In this document: positions 40,631-52,814 of the stretch, in pieces
Position numbering within the stretch: the stretch's first letter is position 1
How the letters are laid out: each line of letters starts with the position of its first letter
Assembly: GCA_026770705.1 (NCBI GenBank)
Contig: JANJGN010000042.1
Span: 1,736,001-1,800,000 of the forward strand
Length of the DNA stretch: 64,000 nt
Direction of reading: 5' to 3'
DNA from: Isurus oxyrinchus
Taxonomy: Eukaryota
Notes under the pieces: generated by a model
What the model was told of the DNA's origin: nothing
The model's database searches: none
Seen by the model: the letters and a program-made list of their open reading frames with translations, nothing else
Translations under genes and position numbers: made by a program

Positions 40631-41209
40631 CATTGCATCTTGGGTGAGGAATGGCAGTGGAATGGTGAGGTGGGGAGATGAGTGTTTGGACACAGCAAGT
40701 GGTAATGACCTGGAGTTCGCTTCTCACCAGGGTGATCTAAGTGGAAATGATTGATTTCTGAATGAAACTGGTCCCATGAGGCATGGCAGCTCTCCGGGCT
40801 AGAGCGGCTGCATGTGAATCAACGGGAATGAAGTGGGATCTGGCATACAGTGGGCTGAATGGCGTACAGATGGGACATAAAGAACTGACTTCAGGAGGGA
40901 AGATGAGTGTGTGTGGAAGGTTTAAAAATGAACTGATTCTCTGCTGTACTAACTTGGCCTAACACTCGTGCCTTTCTCTGAAGCCAGGAACGATCATTTT
41001 CCCTGGTGAGGGGCCATCGTGTTCGATGTTGGGGACCGGTGAGACCCTAATGTAAGAGTTGGAGTGACCCTGACCTAGAGTCGAAGTCAACAGGGCTGAG
41101 CGACAATGTATGTCGAAATCGATGATTTATTGTACCTAACATTTAGCATGCTGGTGGGTGGGAGGGGTGGGGGAGGGGGAAGTGGGGGAAGAGGTGGGGG
41201 GAGAGAGGG

Positions 41210-41515
41210 TCCTCATGGTAATGTTGCAATTGATTAATACAGCCTGGAATAATAAAGCTAGTCTCCATAATGGTGACCAGAACAATTATAACTAACCACA
41301 ACTTGAAAAGAACCATCAGGTTCACTAATGTCCCTTTCGGGAAGGAAATCTGCCGTCCTTAACTGGTCTGGCCCACAAGTGACTCCAGACCCAAAGCAAG
41401 TGGTTCGGTTTAAATGGCCTCTGGAATGGCCGGGCAGGTCACTTGGTTCGAGGGCAATTAGGGATGGGGATCAAATGTTGGCCTTGCCAGTGATACCCAA
41501 GTCTTGTGGAAAAAT
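41210..41515 (+). mobile_element. SINE with LINE-derived tail
   Basis: Shared core, then agggcaattagggatggg tail. Confidence 0.75.
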
Positions 41516-42604
41516 ATTGGGAGGTTTTGCCATGTCTCTTACAATATATTTGGCTACGCTTAGGATTTAAACCTTCAGAATCTTAAATCTGTTCTAACAC
41601 ATTCCTTTTAATTCTTGCCCCTTCATACTCCCCCTCCCCCCCACACCCCCAAAAACGTGCTGTTTACCCAATAATTGGCAGATTTCCACATCGCCAAGTA
41701 CAAGTCCGTATTAGAAGCTTAAATAATTCAGCACTAAATATATTTTTCATTTGAATACATTGTACTTAGTACACCCGCTGCAAATAAATTACACTGTCTA
41801 GCAACTGCAATTGATAAGTTTTCCCCTTCCAAACCAGTCTCTCATCTTCTTTACAAAGGTTGATTGTATTTGTTGATTTTATTTTGTATCAAAATGAGTT
41901 TGCAGAAACTGCATTGAGAAGCACTTTTAGTTTAATGAGGTGTAAAACTGGATATTAATTTAACTTCAGCTTTATTTCAATGGTCACAGAATCTAACTGG
42001 TGGGACAGATTGTTATTATTGCAGTCAGAAGCAGTTTCAGAAACAATCTGCTGGTGGTAGGTTTCAAGTTATTTTGACTAATTGCTTCCTTACAACACGG
42101 TTTGGAATTGCATTGCAACCTTCGTCTAAGCATAAACACGAGTGGATAATGAGTGTGCAGGGTACAGGTGCAGTACTCAGTTGTGTTTCATCGATGCACG
42201 GCTTTCATGTTGGGACCATCCATCATTCTAGCTTTGGTCTAACAGATGGAAGTGACTTCCTGAATAAATGTCAATCTGTGTAGCAGGGAGCTGACTTAAA
42301 TATTGTCACCTGGAGCGGCTGTCAGTTTTAAGCTCTAAGTACCCATAAACATTCAATCCTCCATCACCGACGCATAGTGTGTACCATCTACAAGATGCAC
42401 TGCAGGAATTCACTACTGACTCTCTTTTGTGTATTAATTAATCATCAGTGCATTCTAATATGTTACTCCCACCTACTGGAAAAACAAACTACAGCATCCT
42501 CTTTCCCCCTTGGAACAAATACATGACTTAGCCCATGGTTCACTGTTCTCAGATCAGTATGTGCTTCCTAACTCTGTTCAGCAGCAATGCCTATGAACTT
42601 TCAT

Positions 42605-42900
42605 ATGTTTTATTCATTCACCGAAGGCGGGCTTCACTGACTGGGTCAGTGTTTATCGCCGATCTCTAACTGCTTTGAAGAAGGTGGTGGTGAGCTGTAG
42701 TCCATGTGGTGTAGGTACACCCACCATGTACTGAGGGAGTTCTAGGGTTCTGACCCAGCGACAGTGAAGGAATGGCCAATATAATTCCAAGTCAGAATGG
42801 TGAGTAACTTGGAGGGGAACTTCTAGGTGGTGGTGTTCCCATGTGTCGGCTGCACTCGTCCTTCTAGATGGTAGCCGTCGTGGGTTTGGAAGGTGCTGTG
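42605..42900 (-). mobile_element. CR1/L2-group LINE 3' tail
   Basis: Reverse complement of the tail at 37110-37420. Confidence 0.8.
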
Positions 42901-43709
42901 TAGACCAGATCACTGGAAGTATTTAAAGAGGAGGTAGATAGATTTCTGAAATATCAGGGAGTTGAGGGCTATGAGGAGACAAGAGACGAGAGGAGGTCGG
43001 AAAGAAAATAGAGAGAAAAGACAGAATATAGAGAGAGAAGGGAAGGAACAGGAAAATGTGTGTGTGTGCATGTGTATGTGCAGTGAACAAAGAGCAGAGA
43101 AAGAGAGAGGGATATCGAAAATCAGACATGGAGATAGAGAGAGGGTGATAGAGGCATGTAACATTTGTGTCCCTGTACGGGATGGACACCTATCACCAAA
43201 TTCAGTAATTAGTGTCACTGCCTTAAGAGGTCCCACATTGGCAAAGTGGATGCTTTTAAACACTGGAAATGACCACCTTGCCAATCTCATTCAACCTTGT
43301 GCTTAAGTGTCCTGGACCACAGCTCACCCTTTCAGCCCAGGTTTTGACTCTAGTGTTTGCAATGCAAGCATCCAAGGCAATTGTTTGTAATGTATGAATT
43401 ATAAGACGCGTTTGCACATGTGAGGAAGGTGACGATGGGCAAAGCAACATTGGCTGGTCCCACCTGCATGTTGGGCAGGCTGGAGGTGCTCACTGTGCCC
43501 TGTGGCACACAAGTGCACCTGGAACAGATGGTGTAACTGAGGGAGACCCACTTTCCTTTCCTGACAAAATGAAATGACCCAGCATTTTATCAATCATTCA
43601 GGAGATCTCATCTGCACCTGCCTACACCCGAGTCATTTAATTCGCCTCACATTTGACTGGTGCTCTGAAGCAGTCTACTGGGCCATGCTGGAGAGGCAGG
43701 ATTAACCCG

Positions 43710-46268
43710 TTATTTGATTAATTGAGCCAGTGGACTGAATGGGTATTGGACAAGGTTCTTCAACTCCTCTCTGAATTTTCTCTGAGTCACCGCATAAATG
43801 AATGTGTTGGTGCAAGAGCTCAAAAGCTGGAGCATATTGGCACTTTCTTGCAGAATGAATTTTGGGTCGCCGAACCCAAGGATCTGATAATCATTCATAA
43901 TTCGCTCGTACAGGAACTGTGCCGTGTATGTCAGCCACAACAGGATGAAGCTGCCAGAGACAGCAAACAGTAAGACGATGGACCTTCTCCGGCTCTCCAT
44001 CTCTGGGTCACTGTACTTCTGGCCATTGATTTGGGTGTGGAGCTTCCTGCGGACTCGGCTTGCCACTAGGATGTGCCTGACGGTAAGAGCATTGAGCAGA
44101 AGGATCAGGAGGAATGGAAGGCACGGTGTCAAGATGCGGTCAAACCAGTCAAATGCTCTCCATGCCAGAGAAGTGTAACGGAGATCCTTCAGGCGGCAGT
44201 ACCAGGGCACATTGTTAATTATGTACACGGGTTCATGTATAAAGTACCATGGGACACTTTTTAAACAGCCCAAGGAACAAACCGTCCCTATTATCACCGC
44301 CGCAGTTTTCTCGGTGCAGTAATTTGTTTTTAACTTCAGGCAACAAATGGCCACAAAACGATCGACGGTGAAAGCAACTGTCAGCCAGACAGAACTGTCC
44401 CTGGACGCATAAATGAAAGCAATGCTCAGACTGCATACGGGAGTAATGGACAGGAAGCTGCCTGGAAAATAAATACCAGGAATCCGGTTCAAAAGCACGG
44501 CGGTGATGATGACCAGGAGATCTGACACTGCCATGGACACTAAGTACCAAGTGATACATCGAGAGAGACCACACCTTCCTCGGGACAGGATCACAATCGC
44601 CACCAAATTAACTGCAAGAAACAGAGAAGGATGTGAAGGAAAATTAGAGGATAAACTCGAAGAAACAGCATTCTATTGATTAGAGTTTACATTTTGCAGT
44701 GTTGATGTTTGAAATAATGAAACCTTTGTTACCATCCAAAGATATAGTAGAATAAGTCTGGGAGCTCGGGTGAAACAAGTTAATATTTAATCATTAATAA
44801 CATTTCGAAGTGAAATCCAAAAGGAAACAAGAAAAGGAAATACGATTCAAGGAACTGTGTGAGTTTCAAATGCATTGCAATAGTCAATTATTCAAATCTA
44901 AATAATAAACATTCAGGAGGAGAAAAGAAGGAAGATGTCTTGAGGAATATTTGATGGAAATCTGTCAGGGGCAGCGAATGTGGAGGGGCAGGAACAGATG
45001 GAATTAATTGAGGAGCTTCAAAATAAGGCAGAAGCCATGAATATTCTTATTCCATTGTTCCAAATTGTCAACAATGCCTCAATCTTTTATTTGAAATAAA
45101 AACAGAACACTACGGAGTCTGGAAACCTGAAACAAAAGCGGAAAATGCTGGAAAAAACTCAGCAGGTCTAAGAACATCTGTGGCGAGAAAAACAGAGTTA
45201 ATGTTTTGAGTCTGTAAGAGTCATGAAACATGGGGTTTTGAAACAAGGGAATAAGTTTTTGGTACAGTGTTCTGTTGCGGTTATCAAATTCTTGTCACTG
45301 AAGGACCAGTGCGGAATCTTACAGCAGGATAGTGTAATTTTGAAGTCCTACCAACATGCACAATCACATTATTAACCTGCAGAGCGCGTTTGGTTCACTC
45401 ATATCCCTTTATGGAAGGAAATCTGCCTTCTTACCGATCTGACCTGCATGTGACTCCAGACCGACGACAATATGGTCGACTCTTAACTGCCCTCTGAAAT
45501 GGCCGAGCAAGATATTCAGCTCCAGGGTATATAAGGATGGGCAGCAAATGTTGGCTCTGCCAGCGACGCCCAGTCCCGAGAAGGAATTAAGAAAAGGGAA
45601 GTGCTCCCTGGCAATTGACATTAAACAGCTTCGCTCCAATTTAAATTCAATTAACAAGCCAAGAATATGAAGCTGGCCTCCGTCATGGTGACCATGAAAC
45701 TATCGGACATTGTTGTAAAAACCCATCGGGTTCACTAATATCCCTTCAGGGAAGGGAATCTGCCGCCCTTAACTGCTCTGCCCAACATGTGACTCCCGAA
45801 CCAGCGCTAATGTGGTTGACTGTTTCAGCTGCCCCCTGAAATGACCCAACAAGACACTCAGTCCTCAAGGGCATTTAGGGAAGGGTGGTATATTCCGGCC
45901 CAGCTGGCTCTGCTCCAATCCTATGATCGAGTAACACTCACAATAATAATGGTAATGACAACGCTATAATTGGTGGCTCTGCAGAATTGACCAGAAACAG
46001 TTCGGTATGAGTGAGGCAGAGCGGTTGGAAAGTTCCCCAGCTCCTCGCAATTCACATGGACAGCAGTGGTTCAAGGAGACGGTCCACCATCACCTTCATT
46101 AGGAATGACCATTACATGGGTGGCCTAGCCAGCAATGCCAAACTCCTGTGATAGAGCAACAGAAACTGAGAAGCGGAGAAATCTGAGACACGTTTTACCT
46201 GGGACTGCGACAGTGGCGAGGGCGGTGTAGTATATGGCATAGAGCGGGCCTCTTGGTGGAAAGTGCAT
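43710..46268 (-). CDS. GPR139/GPR142-like GPCR, copy 3; complement(join(43710..44611,46199..46268)), 323 aa
   Basis: Exon 1 MHFPPRGPLYAIYYTALATVAVP ends CCAG|gtaaaa; acceptor ttcttgcag|TT; intact 7TM with MAVSDL, FTVDRFVAICC, SGSFILLW, NTFIY. A further in-frame upstream ATG exists at 46328. Confidence 0.92.
45400..45930 (+). mobile_element. Two tandem SINE fragments in the intron of copy 3
   Basis: gaaggaaatctgcc...gtgactcc core occurs twice. Confidence 0.7.
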
Positions 46269-46744
46269 CTTCTGAGAGGAGCAGCGGCGAGAAGAACCCA
46301 AGCTGTTTTCGACTATTGAGGTAGGCATTATTATACCAGAGATTTAACAACACGCCACTCCCCCCCCCCCACCCGCCCCCAGAGGCACAATTAGGGAGCC
46401 TAGAATGTGCTTGTCTAACTTTGAACAAACAAGTGAGGTTGCATCACTCATTCATATTAACTACGGCCATTGAACAAACACGGACAAGTGCAGCCCCTTT
46501 GACTGTAGTTTCTGGTGCAGGAGAATGATCTCGGCTGATTCCCACAGAATACTAGAAGGAACAGTTATCCTGTGGTCTGTCCAATCACATTGGAAGCCGC
46601 CGGTATTCCCTAGAACATTTTCTGGGCATAAATTCAAAACACTTGACCCTCTCCCTAAATCTCATTAATTATTGGAATTCTCTCCCCATCTCTGAAAGTA
46701 AACCTACTATTCTAAAACATATGAACATTAGGCACATACAACAC

Positions 46745-47230
46745 AACGTTACTGTTAGACCGAAGTGTCAGGTGCATGTTCAATATTGGATCGGCATATC
46801 AGGTAGAAATTTGTTCTTGGCCTAAAATTAAAGTTAAAGGTGGCTGCTGGACCGGACTGTCAGGTACAGAGTCAACTGTAGATCGTGATATAAGCTACAA
46901 GGTCACTGTTGGACTGGAGTGTCGGGTACAAGGGCAGTAAAACACCACATTTCAATCACATGGTAACATTTTGACGGTGACATCACTTGGACCGGTTCAT
47001 CAAATGGCAAGGCCATTCTTAGAACAGGGCACCATTTCCATGGACACCAATATTCAATAGTTATCAATTGCAATGTTATTGTTACACCGGAGTATCACTT
47101 ACACGGGCAGCTTTAATGTTAAACTAGGTTATCAGCTCAATAATCACTTTCAGACAATTGTCTTAGTTATAAGCCTACTGTTAGAGCTGACAACTGTTTA
47201 AAATTATCAACCTATTATCAATTATGAAGT
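46745..47230. repeat. Degenerate ~31-bp tandem array upstream of copy 3
   Basis: Unit resembles ctgttggaccggagtgtcaggtacaaggtca. Confidence 0.55.
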
Positions 47231-48123
47231 TTCCTTTTTGATCATTAGATAATTAACACTCTTTCATCCTTTTAGGCTGTGACTGCTACGGCCATCCTAT
47301 GCCACTTGTGCTATCTTCATCCCCTGAGAAATGAATTGCTCAATTTGCAGGTGTCATTTTATCTCAGAAATAATCAGAACTCCGGAATCGAAGTTGTTCA
47401 TTTCTGATCAGTGCTGTAAGCCTGCAGGGTTGTATAAGTCTGTTCTTTTTCAAAGTGTAAGATGCTGTATTCAGTTAATATTCAACCACAAATACAAATA
47501 ACTGATTTCTGGAGATTAAGTGCGTTTGGTGGTGTATCTGCCCCATTTTGAAAGGGAGTTTGTGCTTCTGTTGGGCGAATATGACAACCAATAAACTACA
47601 GAAACCCTGCGCAGAGAGTTAGCCAGAGGGACTTGTATTTCAAACGATGTCGCCATGCGGTAGTTCTGGATAATGCTTTGCAGAAATAGAATTGCGGTGG
47701 GATATTTAGAAATACTGTAGAGAAATTGATGGAGCAATGGAATCGTAAAAGTTCACAGCTCATTCGGACCCATCGTGCCCTCGCCAGCCTTTTTCAAAGA
47801 CCTGCCCAGTTAGTCCCAATATCTTTCTGTTTCTTCATAACCCAGCAGCTTTTCCATTTCAAATATTTGTCCAATTCCCTTTTGAAAACTCGGAGTTAAG
47901 AAAAACAATATTGAAAAAGGCGCAGGACATTCAGCAGTGTCCATGCTCAGTCTGTGAAAACTAACTAGGTTTCTCTGGCCCATTGGCGGCATTTTATTTT
48001 ATTCAAAATATATTGCAGTTCATATGATATAACAATTTATTGAGTTCCCGTCGACCAATCTGCCACCAAGGTATCATGTCTAACCCCAGTGATCTGTGAA
48101 AAATGTCACCTGATCAAATGTAT

Positions 48124-48218
48124 CCTCCAGTGTCGCAATCAGTTAGTGCGCGGCTCCTATAAAGCAGTGCAGTTAGAGGGCTATGTTTTGGTTGTGAGTT
48201 CGAGCCTCACCTGTCGCA
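48124..48218 (+). tRNA. tRNA-Ile(TAT) pseudogene retaining its intron
   Basis: CCTCCAGTGTCGCAATCAGTTAGTGCGCGGCTCCTATA-[~20-nt intron]-ATGTTTTGGTTGTGAGTTCGAGCCTCACCTGTCGCA aligns end to end with vertebrate tRNA-Ile-TAT. Acceptor and anticodon stems are mispaired. Confidence 0.8.
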
Positions 48219-48539
48219 CAGGTTTCACTGGCGCTACAACATGTGGAAGCACACATGAATAGTTGATTCTAGAATTACCGGCACCATTTTCAGCAGACAG
48301 CATTATAACAGACCTGCAAGGACAGAGCATATTCGCACCCCCGTCCCTCAGACTGGTTTACTAAATTCTCTTACACAGGCGAGTAAAATAATTCTTGAAG
48401 ATCAACAGCGACTCCTTTACAATCTCTCACTTGTTTGTAACTTGTTATAAATTACGAAAAGCGTGAAGGACACCATGTTTAAATTGCAAGGTGTTGCACT
48501 TCCGCCATTGTTCAAATTCGATGAAAACCGGCTGAAAGA

Positions 48540-49330
48540 CGTCAGTAAATACTGCTCCCCAGGTTCCACGGTGACAGACAGTCTGGTCCTCCTATGTCTG
48601 TTTATGTGTGCCTGCTCCTGATGTGGAAAGTAGATATTATCTGACTAATGAAGCGTGCATGGATTAACATCAAGCTGATCTTTGGGGCCAAGATGATGAT
48701 TTGTTAGGCCTGTGTTCTCAGTAGCTTGTTGTCTGGCTGTGAAACATGGACAACTTACCGCTATCAAGAAAAGAAGCTCCGCAATTTCCATCTACATTGT
48801 GTGCGTGATTATTGGGTATCTCCTGGCGGGACACAATCAGGAATTCGGCAGTCCTTTCAAAGGCAGAGCTCCTAAGACTGGTGAATCCATCAAACGGAGG
48901 AAGCTTAGATGTCTCGGGCCCGTTTACAGGATGGAAGGTGGCCACATAGCTTAGGGCCAGGCGGCCAGTGAGACGCCAAATGTTCCACTTCTAGGACGTT
49001 TCCAAGCGTGATATGATGGCCTTGAATATCGATGATCACACAAGAAATTCACTAGCTGACGAAAGAGGAAGATGCCGACAATTCCTGTGGGCTGCTGCGC
49101 ATCACCATGATGTCCAGTGACTTTAGCACCTTGGCAACAGACGCCAAAAATGGATAGAACAACTCATAACACCACTCGGAGCTTCACGTGAGGCAATTGT
49201 GACAGAAACTGCCTCTCAGGACTTGACCTCCTCAGCCATCAGAAAAGGTGCAGCATGTGGAGAGACCCCATCTGAAATATATTCATCTGTTGTGTGTCCG
49301 TCATCTTTCTTGATTGAAAGGATGACGATG
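48540..49330 (+). mobile_element. RTE-type LINE 3' fragment
   Basis: RRKLRCLGPVYRMEGGHI and KRDMMALNID match the RTE C-terminus. Confidence 0.7.
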
Positions 49331-49369
49331 ATCGTTGTGAAATTCACTTGCATGAAACATGGCGTGTTT

Positions 49370-49575
49370 CACACACACACACACACACACACACAGATAC
49401 ACACGGAGGCACACACATGGATACAAACATTCACAGGCACACACAGAGATACATGCACACACACACAAAGTCACACAGAAACACAGGCATACACACACGT
49501 GCACACACAGACACGTGCACATACACACACACACACACATACACAAACTTACACACACGCAGACACACACAAACA
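49370..49575. repeat. Imperfect (CA)n microsatellite
   Basis: Direct observation. Confidence 0.95.
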
Positions 49576-49819
49576 TGCAAATATGCATCTTGTGCAAAAG
49601 GCCGACATAAATAATTTCAAATTAATATTCCCATCTTGACGACTTGTGTGGCTCCCTCGCAGTTAGGATCAGAGAGAACAACACTCATTATATTTCAGCT
49701 GGTATCATGAGCCAATAGGCACTGGCCCGCTTCCTGTTTGTTGAGGTGTAATCGCTGCAATGGCTGAACAAAGAGGCCACCTGTCATTCAATTTCTAATG
49801 GAGTCGTCTATCATTATTA

Positions 49820-50545
49820 CTTGAAACCCTGTGCCTGTCAGTTTCCGAAGAAAACGTGCTTATTTTGATGCTGAATTTGACGCTGCTGCTGTTGGTCGTT
49901 CACTATGACCTCTTTCATGTTTTATTATGCAAAGCTTTTATTTTCTACTTTGCTGATACAAAGGCTTGCTTCTTTGAATATTTCATCAGGGCCTGTCTCT
50001 CTTATCCCCAAACTTGCCCATATCTCATTTGCATATTTTCTCCAGGGCCAGTTAGTGTTCTCAATGTACAAACTCATGTCTCTCTTTATGTTACAGCAGG
50101 TCCTACCTCTCTTATCACTGGACGAGTCTGCATCACATTTTTATATTAATTCCATTGCCAGTTAGTTTTCTCACTGCACAAGCCCTTATCTCTGTTTATG
50201 CTACAGGAGGCCCGATCTCTCTAATCAATGAACTAGTCCATATTTCTGTTCGTAACTTACCAGCCACTGTTACTGCCTTGACTGCTTTAGGCCATATTTC
50301 TCTCAATATTACACCACATCCTGTCTCTATTATTACTTCACTAGCTCATATCTGTATTTATATTACACGAGATCATGTCTATGTTATTACTGCACAGTTA
50401 ATGTCTCTATTATGACTGTGCTGGGTGGCACCTCTGTTTATATTACAGTAGGGCTCGTCAATGTTTTTGCTGCACTAGCCCATAACTCCTTTTGTATTGC
50501 AGCAGATCGTTTATCACTTTATGCTGCGCCAGGCCCTGACCCATT
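49820..50545 (-). repeat. 27-bp array block D (reverse orientation)
   Basis: Reverse-complement units (..ccctgtctc..ttattactgcactag..). Confidence 0.7.
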
Positions 50546-50899
50546 TCAGATAAGAGTACACACATTCTACAAAATAAAGAGACAGGCAAACGAGTCCAAA
50601 TAAGATTAGAACGGTCGGGTGGAATTTGTAATGCTCACCGTTAAAAACGATAGAAAATAGTAATAACAAAACAACCCCTGGAGAACAACAAATATTTCAA
50701 TCCTTTCCGTCAGTTGGAATAATAAGTCGGATAACTTCACATGTGTCAATCCCATGTCACGTAAATTTACTAGATCAATATTTTTCCATCGCTGGAAAAA
50801 ACCATGATACATTCGAGGGAAATATCACAAGCTTCTGTCAGATGTTGAGCTGATCGTTTGCCAAGAAGCTTCTCGTTATTGGCGATGTGATTCAAACCC

Positions 50900-51375
50900 T
50901 GAGTTCCTCAGGTTAGTGCCCTAGACCCAGCCTTCTTCAGCTGCCTCAACAATGTCCTCCCCTCATTCATAAGGTCAGGAGTGGGAATGTTCACTGATGA
51001 TTGCATAATGTTCAGAACCATTCACAACTCCTCAGATACTGAAGGGGACCTTGTCCAAAAGCCACACAGTCTGGACAAATATCAGGCTTGGACTGATAAG
51101 TGGCAAGCAAAGTTCTCACCACCCAATGCCGGGAAATCAGCAATTCCAACAAATATGGATCCAACCACTTCCCCTTTACATTTAAAGAAATTCGTATCGC
51201 TGAATACCCAGCTATCAACGTTGTGGGTGTTACCATTGAGAGGAAATTGAACTGTACTAGCAATGTAAATACTGTGGCGACAAGAGCAGATCAGTGGCTA
51301 AGATGCTATGGAGAGAAATTCACCTCTGGACTCCTCAGAACCCGCCCACCACCTGCAAGGCCAAAGTCAGAGGCC
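50900..51375 (+). mobile_element. CR1/L2-group LINE RT fragment
   Basis: GMFTDDC and GVTIERKLN...TVATRA peptides. Confidence 0.8.
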
Positions 51376-51419
51376 CATTTCTAGATCAACGCCACCTTAA
51401 AGAGACGTAGAACAGTGCA

Positions 51420-52810
51420 CTAAACACCGGGAGAGTCTGGTGTGCTAATTACTGAGACAGGGCCGAGTGAAATTTAACCAGGGACTTTACGAGTGCAGGA
51501 TGAATAGAGACAGCATCTAATGTTATTTCATCAAAAACGTGTCCTAGTACACTAATATCAGGGACGGGGATGATTGTAATATTAACATAGATAGGACCTA
51601 TTCTTTAATAAAGGAGACGGGGCTAATGCAGTAATTAATGATACAGAGCGTGGATCAAAATAAAGTGAAAGAGGGTATTAATAACAGCACAGGGCATACA
51701 GTAATATCTTCCTAGACAGAGTCTAGGGCCTTAATAACAGAGATGGCCTCAAGTGTAAAAGAGACAGATATGATCTCGTAGAATAAAATCAGGGAAAGGG
51801 AGAGTGGAATAGAAGCAGAGCCAAAGGTACAAAGGCAAAGTCTCTGCAAATCCAGGATCCATTTTATTAAAATGAAGACAGACAAGCTCGAGTGAGATAC
51901 AGGCTGATACAGAGTCTAGTGTAAATTGTTCTGAAATATGGTCTAGCGGAATGCAATTGCAGATATGATTAAATGTGTTTTTAAGCAGGTCCGCGATCTA
52001 GTGGAACATAAAGTGAGGCATTGCCGAGTGCAGGAATAATTGAGGCAAGGTCTGGTGTAATACGAACAGGTCGAGTGTATTAACAACACAGGATCCAGTA
52101 GAAAGAAACACACAAAGGGTCTATTGGAGCTCTACCTAATTCAGGACTCTATAATATAAGCTGACACAGTGCCTGGTGAATTAAATACCGTCAAAAGTAC
52201 TAGGCTAATAAGAACAGAGCCATGGACAGGTACAACAATAACAGAGACTTGGTATTGGGCAACTACAGCAGAAACAGGGCATTGTGTGATATGAATGAAT
52301 ACATGTATTGATGCAGCATTAACTGAGACAGCTTCCAGTTTGGTAGACACGTGGCAGGCGCAGAGTCTGACACAGAGCCTTGTGAAATGCAAATAAAAAC
52401 GTGTTTTCGTTTAGCATAACCATAGACAAGCTCTAGTGCAGTGCCAACTGGGGCATGGACAATTATAATTTTAGCCGAGACCTGCTTCAGTGCAGTCATG
52501 ATTGAGATAGTGCCGACTGTAATACGGCCTTTCTCCAGGATATGAACATCTGAAGTTGAGCCTTTTCCAGAAACAACTGAGAGCTGAGTTTCTTTAATGC
52601 GATCAGAGACATGCCCCAGTGTAATAGAAACAGGATCGGTGTCTAGTTTAATATGAATAGACTAATAATGGGGATAATGGTGGTAAATAGACTAATAATG
52701 GGGATAGAGTTTACTTCCTATAATGTAAACAATCACGGTTTTACTGCCATCCACTGGTCAAACCTTTCTATTGCAGATGTGGTGAAAATGCCGATTTCAT
52801 TCAGTGTTTC
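51420..52810 (+). repeat. 27-bp array with conserved tail, block C
   Basis: Same unit as block A, with a colinear 3' part. Confidence 0.8.
52742..52778 (-). promoter_or_regulatory. Putative CTCF site with upstream motif (block C)
   Basis: Minus strand CTGCAATAGA-AAGGTT-TGACCAGTGGATGGCAGT; motif evidence only. Confidence 0.5.
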
Positions 52811-52814
52811 TGAG

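Noticed and set aside
49199-49639. His/Thr- and Cys/Val-rich ORFs
   Set aside because: Translation of a (CA)n microsatellite.
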